The notes beneath the pieces are model-generated. The model searched no databases, was not told where the DNA came from, and saw only the letters and a list, made by a program, of their open reading frames with translations. A DNA stretch of 64,000 nucleotides, taken from the NCBI GenBank assembly GCA_039189765.1, contig JBCCYL010000027.1, positions 9,923 to 73,922 on the forward strand, written 5' to 3'. Shown here in pieces: positions 58,308 through 64,000 of this stretch. Each line of letters opens with the position of its first letter. Position 1 is the first letter of the stretch. The translations under genes and the position numbers were made by a program. This DNA is from Cyanobacteria bacterium P01_F01_bin.150 (GTDB taxonomy: Bacteria > Cyanobacteriota > Cyanobacteriia > CAKZMO01).

Positions 58308-59594
58308 CGCTCTTTCGTCACTCTAGGCAGATGAAAATTGGGAGTCTTGGGTATTTTCCCGATTGGGAATGGCTCCCGCAAACCGATTCATGATCGCAAT
58401 AAGCTCAGCAAACCCCTCTGATAATGAAGAGATTGGAAACACCTTCAACCATGGCTTGAGTAAATTGAAAAAGACAAAGGCTTGCATCACTAAACGCAAG
58501 TTATTTAATATATTTTTCCACCCATCCGCCCTGTCCCACCACTCATGAGTCGCAAATGTATTGGCTCGTTCATTCTTGGTTTCTGAGGCTGTTGCGTCTG
58601 TCTTCTTTTGAGGTGGATTCAGGGGATATGAATGGAGACTCACCAGCAAATACGCACTCATCACCACTTCCCACCACTTCTCTATCTGGGCATAATCGGT
58701 CACGCGAAAATCTGCCCATCCAAATTCATTCTTACTTTGTTTAAGGCCATCTTCAACCCAGTTTCTCTGACCATATACATTGCCAACTTCATCAACCTCT
58801 ACTCCCTGCTTTTTGGTCATCACATACCAAGTTGAAGGTTTGGGCAATTGGTCAACATCGTTCGTCATTTGCAAATAGAGAACATCACGTCCTTGGGATT
58901 CTCCATACACAATTTCTCGAATAAAGCGTTCTTCGCGTTTGCCGGTGGAAAATTCTCGCTCAAAGGACTCCTACTCTGTCGCGCAAATCTCCTCGCCCTC
59001 CGGCATCCAGACACCGTGATTACTCCGAATGGCGACTACATACTCCAACTTTAATTCGTCCAGGATGTCGATAAAGTTTGCGCCCCCTTCGCCATATAAA
59101 CTATCGGCTAACACTAACTCGGATGGTGAAGCCTAATTTCTGTAGGCTTCGAACCATTGCTGCCGCAATTTGTGGCTTACTTTGATACGTATCATCTGCT
59201 TTTAATCGCTCCTCTGGTTTATAAATTCTAACCATCAGGGGAAAGGTCATCCCATCAATTAACCCATAGGCCGTTACCGCCACGATCCCATTTTCGATTT
59301 TGCCTAAGTTGCCAATATATTAACGTTTGCCATAATCGGTCGTGTGTCCTTTTTTCGGGTCGCCCGTTTCATCAATTAACAAACGACTTGCGCTTAATAT
59401 CTGACAACATCCCCACATGTAAATGCTTGAATGCCTCAAAAGCTCTAACATCGGAAAACAGAGATTGATAGAGGTCGCAATACTCATCAATAAAATGAAT
59501 CGTCGGTTGAGCGTTCCTGGGCGCAATCATTGGATGTACATGAGGTAGACTATCGGTCCATTATATTTTATCTGGCTAGAGCAAGGAAAGAGCG
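58308..59594 (-). mobile_element. Degenerate IS701-family insertion sequence
   Basis: Transposase fragments IDETGDPKKGHTTDY, YIGNLGKIENG, SKPQIA, YGQRNWVEDGLKQSKNEFGWADFR, IEKWWEVVMSAY; imperfect terminal inverted repeats CGCTCTTTC-N4-CTCTAG at 58308-58326 and 59576-59594. Confidence 0.88.
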
Positions 59595-59902
59595 CCCAAG
59601 ACTTTATTGCACTGTTCAGGCAACGATTGCCAGACCAGTTAGACACCTGGATTCAGGCAGCTCAACAGTCTGCATATTCTGCCTTTCGGTCCTTTGCTAA
59701 TGGGATTCAGGACGATTATGACGCGGTCAAAGCCGCCTTAATTCTCGATATCAGCAATGGTCATGACAAGCTCATATGACTCAATCGTCACTGTTTACTC
59801 AACTGACCGACTAGTTTAGACAATATCCCTACTCAATAGCTCATCTGCTAACCCCCAAAAAACGGATGTTACCCCCTGCTTCACCAAAAGTGCGTAAGAG
59901 CC
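59594..59902 (+). mobile_element. ISL3-family remnant (transposase 3' fragment and right end)
   Basis: AQDFIALFRQRLPDQLDTWIQAA...FRSFANGIQDDYDAVKAAL...SNG; end sequence TCACCAAAAGTGCGTAAGAGCC (GGCTCTT... on the minus strand). Confidence 0.8.
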
Positions 59903-59913
59903 CAAATAGCGTG

Positions 59914-60306
59914 TTAAGCGACAGATTCTAAGGCTGGCAAGATAACGGACGGTTGTGCCGAAGGTAGTGCTTGGGATTGCTGCTGGATGGGGGAGGTAGT
60001 GCGTTGAGCTTGAATGGTTTCGTCATCGTCGGTTTGTTGCTGCACGGGGGATGGAGTGCGCATGATGGTGGCGGAAACGCGATCGGCTTCCTGCTCATAG
60101 GCATCCCCTGATGGTCCGACCTGGAGTTTGGCTTGGATGAGACGATTAACCGTTCGATTGCCTAATGTTTGCTGGAGATGCAGCATGGGATGAACAGAAC
60201 GCTCCACAGACGAGGCCATTGAGGGCGATCGCCGCCGAGCCACCCCAATTCTCCCACCCTGTCGGTAGCCTTTAGCTTTAGCCTTGGATGCTCGTCGATG
60301 GCTCAT
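59914..60306 (-). pseudogene. N-terminal fragment of a DUF4157 (eCIS core)-type protein
   Basis: MLHLQQTLGNRTV.RLIQAKLQVGPSGDAYEQEADRVS leader and IQAQ/IQQQ linker; stops 12 bp from the ISL3 end with no HExxH core. Confidence 0.7.
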
Positions 60307-60341
60307 GAGGTTCACCCTATGAGAAGCACTTTAAAATAATA

Positions 60342-61694
60342 TCAATTCCCAATAGCAATCCACTCGATATGCCATCTGTTGCTATTGGCAAATTCTGGTG
60401 TTAAGTTGCCACCCGCCGAATATCTAACATAGATGGTGAATCCTGTCGCTGTTCGATTGTACGCAGAACTGCCACCTGTTGTTGTCCAATTGTTACTATC
60501 GCCATGCATATTGACAACATAAATGGGGGTAGATTGAAACCCACACGCTGAAGTATCCACAGTTACTGTAATTCCTTCAGTGCCATAAGGTCGCCAATTG
60601 GTTGAGCCTTCGGGGGTTTTACCACAGCAGATTCTGAGCGATTTACCTGAGGTATCTTTAGCGGCACCTAATAGATCCCCAACGACATGTAACGCTGCAT
60701 TTGGAGTTATCGTTCCAATGCCAACCTTGCCATTGAGAAAGACAAAGTTAGCTTCATTTTCTGCAAAGAACCCAAGTAGTTGATTATTGCCAAAATCACC
60801 CCCTTGGATATAGCCGTATCGTATTGGGGAACCACCTTGTCGATTGTGATACCAGTCAATATGGGGAGGTACAGGATCAGTGCTAGTGAAACTTGCCACG
60901 CCACTAGAAAGTGACAGGGATTTCGCTTTTATTCCCCCATTCACATCTAATTCCGCAGTAGGGTCATCTGTTCCGATCCCAACAGTGCCATGATCGTAGT
61001 AAATGCCGCCACTACCATGATCAGACCATAGTCCAGCCTTAATTCCTGTTAATGCAGAGCCATCGCCTTCAAAGCGATTCGATTGAATTGTGCCAGTGGC
61101 GTTTATGTTACTAACGGCGATCGCCCCACTAACACTCAATGCCCCTTGAATCATAATGGAGCCAGTTGCCTGGACACCAGCTTCAACTTGTAGGGCACCA
61201 GACGAGTGGCTTGAACGAATAGCGCCCGCGATCGCCACCACATCAGTCTCTTCGTTACCCAGAGACACATTGCCTTCAATATGTTCAGTGTCACGGGCAA
61301 TCACATTTCCTTGAACTTCCAAATCACCAGATACTCGTAGCGTTCCCCCTACAGATAAGTCTTTAGCGGCAAAATCTTGATTAACCGAGCCATTGATAGC
61401 CGCCTTCTGTCCCACTTGTGCATCCACGTAGGTTTTAACAGCCTGCTCAGTAGGAAGGGCTAAACTGCTGTCACCAGCTAAGTTGCCGTCATTGGAGAAT
61501 TTATTGACAGATAGTGATCCAAGCTGGAAGTTGTTACTAACAATGAGATTTTCATCTACAGAGAGGGAAGCACTCAACGCCAAGGTGGTTGCAGAAATAT
61601 CACCAACGACCTCTAATTCTTTTGAGGGAGAGTCTGTGCCTATACCAACTCTGCCTCTTACAGTAAGCTCTTCAGTCGGCCAGTTAAAAGTCAT
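60342..61694 (-). CDS. Putative tail fibre / receptor-binding protein with C-terminal H-type-lectin-like tip
   Basis: Repeated G.VGIGT..P...L.V.G, PTEQAVKTYVD, FEGDGSALTG, C-terminal VDTSACGFQSTP.Y...TATGFTIYV...IEWIAIG; GGAGG RBS. Confidence 0.7.
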   Translation of the reverse strand: MTFNWPTEELTVRGRVGIGTDSPSKELEVVGDISATTLALSASLSVDENLIVSNNFQLGSLSVNKFSNDGNLAGDSSLALPTEQAVKTYVDAQVGQKAAINGSVNQDFAAKDLSVGGTLRVSGDLEVQGNVIARDTEHIEGNVSLGNEETDVVAIAGAIRSSHSSGALQVEAGVQATGSIMIQGALSVSGAIAVSNINATGTIQSNRFEGDGSALTGIKAGLWSDHGSGGIYYDHGTVGIGTDDPTAELDVNGGIKAKSLSLSSGVASFTSTDPVPPHIDWYHNRQGGSPIRYGYIQGGDFGNNQLLGFFAENEANFVFLNGKVGIGTITPNAALHVVGDLLGAAKDTSGKSLRICCGKTPEGSTNWRPYGTEGITVTVDTSACGFQSTPIYVVNMHGDSNNWTTTGGSSAYNRTATGFTIYVRYSAGGNLTPEFANSNRWHIEWIAIGN

Positions 61695-61836
61695 TATTCC
61701 TCCTCCTATCTTGCTTAATAGTAAAAAGAACTAGTACTGCATGGCAGAAGTTTTGCCCCATTGCCTCTGGTTAGCAGTCTCTGGTTGGGAACTGTCCCTG
61801 ACGATTCTGGTGCCTGGGACTATCTCTAAGCCAGAG

Positions 61837-61886
61837 TCTCATGTCTTCTCGTTCCCGCGGGAGGCTGGGAACGAGAAGACATGAGA
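61837..61886. repeat. Perfect 20-bp inverted repeat between the fibre genes
   Basis: TCTCATGTCTTCTCGTTCCC-10nt-GGGAACGAGAAGACATGAGA. Confidence 0.85.
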
Positions 61887-61920
61887 ATTTAAAATGGAAC
61901 GGAACTTCTGTCGCCTACTC

Positions 61921-63585
61921 CTACATAGTAGTTTCTAACAAAGTATTAGCGATACTCTGTTGGAGATTTACGTAATCTACCCTTACTGTTTTGGGATAGC
62001 CATAGGCTTCAGGATACAGAAGCTTGCCCTGCTCAAAGTTTCCATTGCCCTTTTCTTCCTCTACAGGCTTCCTGAATTGATGAATAGCAGGATCATCTCG
62101 ATCAGCTAAAACAAGATAGCTAACTTCAGCATCCGGTATACCAAACACATCAAAACTAGTGAAATTTTCGTGCCACTCATAGCTGACCAAGAACCCTTTT
62201 TGACCAACTGGAGTGAGGGTAACGGTCGCATCTTCCTCCTTAGTTAGAGCCGCAAAATACTCTGGCATTTTGACCATAGCATACCCCTCAGCGTTCAGCT
62301 TGACCTTACCTCGATAAAGGCATAGATCCTCTGGTGATTCCACAAAATTGTGTCGCAGTGTTTTGTCTAAAGGCGCAAGAGGATGATCAATTAAGAACGA
62401 GCCACCACCTTTACTGATTGTGCCTGTTATATGAACATCTCCTTGGAAGTAGCCAGCCCAGTTCGTTTGACCATCAGTTGCGGTTGCCCAAATCCCGTAG
62501 TTAGTTTTGCTCCCTTGTGCTATTGAATGAACGCCAAAAGCAACCGTATTGCCCATATTATTTTGACTATCGGCTTTGAATTGTCCGCCATACTGTATTT
62601 CTCCTCCATAACCTCTGCCGACAATTCCAGTTCTATTACCAGTCGTTCCACCACCAGCAATTCCAGAGACACCTGTCTTACCGCCATTGTCAGGGGCTTC
62701 AGCCGATCCGATAACCCCATACTTTATTGTCCCTCCCGCAGCACTGCCATAAACTCCAATTCTATCGCCTACGGTTCCACCGCTTGCATTACCTGCAAGA
62801 CCTTGCATGGTACCAGCCTCGCCCTCTGCGGCTCCTTTAACTCCGCACTTTATGCCTACTCCATCTCCCCCAGAAGCCTGTCCCTCAATTGCAAATAAGT
62901 TTCCTTCGCCAGAAAGCAGACAATGTAATGCTCGGGGGTTGTTTTTAGAATCGATTAATAACGAACCTGTGATATTTCCTGCTGTAGTAGAAATGCCGCC
63001 CGCGACGTTTAGAAAGCCACCAACCGTCAACGCACCATCAACACTCAATGCGCCCGTGGTGTGTACCCCAGAGTTTACCTGTAAAGCACCGGAAGAATGG
63101 GTTGAACGAATAACGCCGGCGATCGCCACCACATCGTTATCCTGATCCCCTAGGGATACATCCCCCTCAATATGTTCGGTATCACGGGCAATCACATTTC
63201 CTTGAACTTCTAAATCACCAGATACTCGTAGCGTTCCCCCTACAGATAAATTATCAGCCTCAAAATCTTGGTTAATGGCTCCATTGACAGGAGCCCTCTG
63301 ACTCATTTGTGCATCCACATAAGTCTTAACAGCTTGTTCGGTAGGGATGGCCAAACTACTATTGCTGGCTAAACTGCCATCATTAGAAAATTTATTGACG
63401 GATAGCGAACCAAGCTGGAAGTTGTTGCCAACAGTAAGCGTTTTACTAATCACGAGGGAAGCACTCAACGTTAAGTTGGTGGCAGAAATATCACCAACTA
63501 CCTCTAATGCTTCTGAGGGATCGTCTGTACCAATACCAATTTTGCCGCTTACAGTAAGCTCTTCAGTTGGCCAATTAAACGTCAT
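61921..63585 (-). CDS. Putative tail fibre protein, paralog with glycine-rich beta-repeat shaft and different C-terminus
   Basis: First ~190 aa collinear with 60342-61694; GVYG/GVIG/GIVG repeats; WAGYFQGDVHITG, GGGSFLIDHPL..KTLRHNFVESPE; AGGAG RBS. Confidence 0.7.
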   Translation of the reverse strand: MTFNWPTEELTVSGKIGIGTDDPSEALEVVGDISATNLTLSASLVISKTLTVGNNFQLGSLSVNKFSNDGSLASNSSLAIPTEQAVKTYVDAQMSQRAPVNGAINQDFEADNLSVGGTLRVSGDLEVQGNVIARDTEHIEGDVSLGDQDNDVVAIAGVIRSTHSSGALQVNSGVHTTGALSVDGALTVGGFLNVAGGISTTAGNITGSLLIDSKNNPRALHCLLSGEGNLFAIEGQASGGDGVGIKCGVKGAAEGEAGTMQGLAGNASGGTVGDRIGVYGSAAGGTIKYGVIGSAEAPDNGGKTGVSGIAGGGTTGNRTGIVGRGYGGEIQYGGQFKADSQNNMGNTVAFGVHSIAQGSKTNYGIWATATDGQTNWAGYFQGDVHITGTISKGGGSFLIDHPLAPLDKTLRHNFVESPEDLCLYRGKVKLNAEGYAMVKMPEYFAALTKEEDATVTLTPVGQKGFLVSYEWHENFTSFDVFGIPDAEVSYLVLADRDDPAIHQFRKPVEEEKGNGNFEQGKLLYPEAYGYPKTVRVDYVNLQQSIANTLLETTM

Positions 63586-63875
63586 ATTCTCCTACCTCAA
63601 TAACAAAAAATACCGATCTTGAAAAATATTTGTAACCATCTCAGCTCAACTAAAAGAGACTAGTTCACTTGGGGTGTTTGTTAATTGACCATAAGGTTCA
63701 CTTGTTCCCTTAAAAGTTGGGTGAAAAATTGGCTCCGAATAGAGGCTTTACAACTTACCTCCAAACCAACTTAGATTTACCAATACCCATATTGTGCCAC
63801 TATCTTCATCATTGATCCTCTCATTAAAGGATTGAAGGGCTTTACCAATGACATATCCTCAGTAGATCACAAAGA

Positions 63876-63998
63876 TTATTCAATCGCAGGGATAAAAATA
63901 GCTTGAATGAGCGGAAAGTGTCGCTCAACAGCATGTCGCAAGAACTCCAGCATCGTCCTGAGTCGAAAGCGTTCTTGATAAACTCGTCGCCCCCCTCG
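63876..63998 (-). CDS. Possible 3' end of an upstream gene running off the window
   Basis: Open frame RGGRRVYQERFRLRTMLEFLRHAVERHFPLIQAIFIPAIE*; too short to identify. Confidence 0.3.
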   Translation of the reverse strand, partial: RGGRRVYQERFRLRTMLEFLRHAVERHFPLIQAIFIPAIE

Positions 63999-64000
63999 TC

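Noticed and set aside
60342..61886. Diversity-generating retroelement (lectin-like tip plus hairpin)
   Set aside because: No reverse transcriptase and no template/variable repeat pair differing at adenines in the window; the shared sequence is N-terminal.
1..64000. Abundant GCGATCGC octamers as a novel repeat
   Set aside because: This is the well-known cyanobacterial HIP1; used only as taxonomic evidence.

Overview
64 kb of cyanobacterial chromosome. The HIP1 octamer GCGATCGC is abundant throughout, and xisH/xisI, Uma2, the slr1658/slr1659-type genes and the duplicated CobO all fit; the gene content suggests a filamentous Leptolyngbya-like organism (inference). Most of the window is housekeeping and signalling: a GyrA paralog, cobO, a cbiG-cobJ fusion, hemW, menC, sepF, crtL, two GAF histidine kinases and an RTX metalloprotease. 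No rRNA, intact tRNA or CRISPR array was found. Most notable: (1) two tandem tail-fibre-like paralogs with a shared N-terminal module and unrelated tips, followed by a truncated DUF4157-type (eCIS-associated) gene cut off by ISL3/IS701 remnants; (2) a translationally coupled pair of an HsdR_N-like nuclease-ParA fusion and a degenerate ParB/HhH/Rho-N protein; (3) a Hanks kinase-AAA-GAF-PP2C gene with slr1658/slr1659 partners, preceded by two candidate structured sRNAs with CA(U/G)GG(A/G) loops; (4) a composite short-repeat element inserted in frame into unrelated proteins. All calls come from reading the sequence and motif recall; no searches were run.
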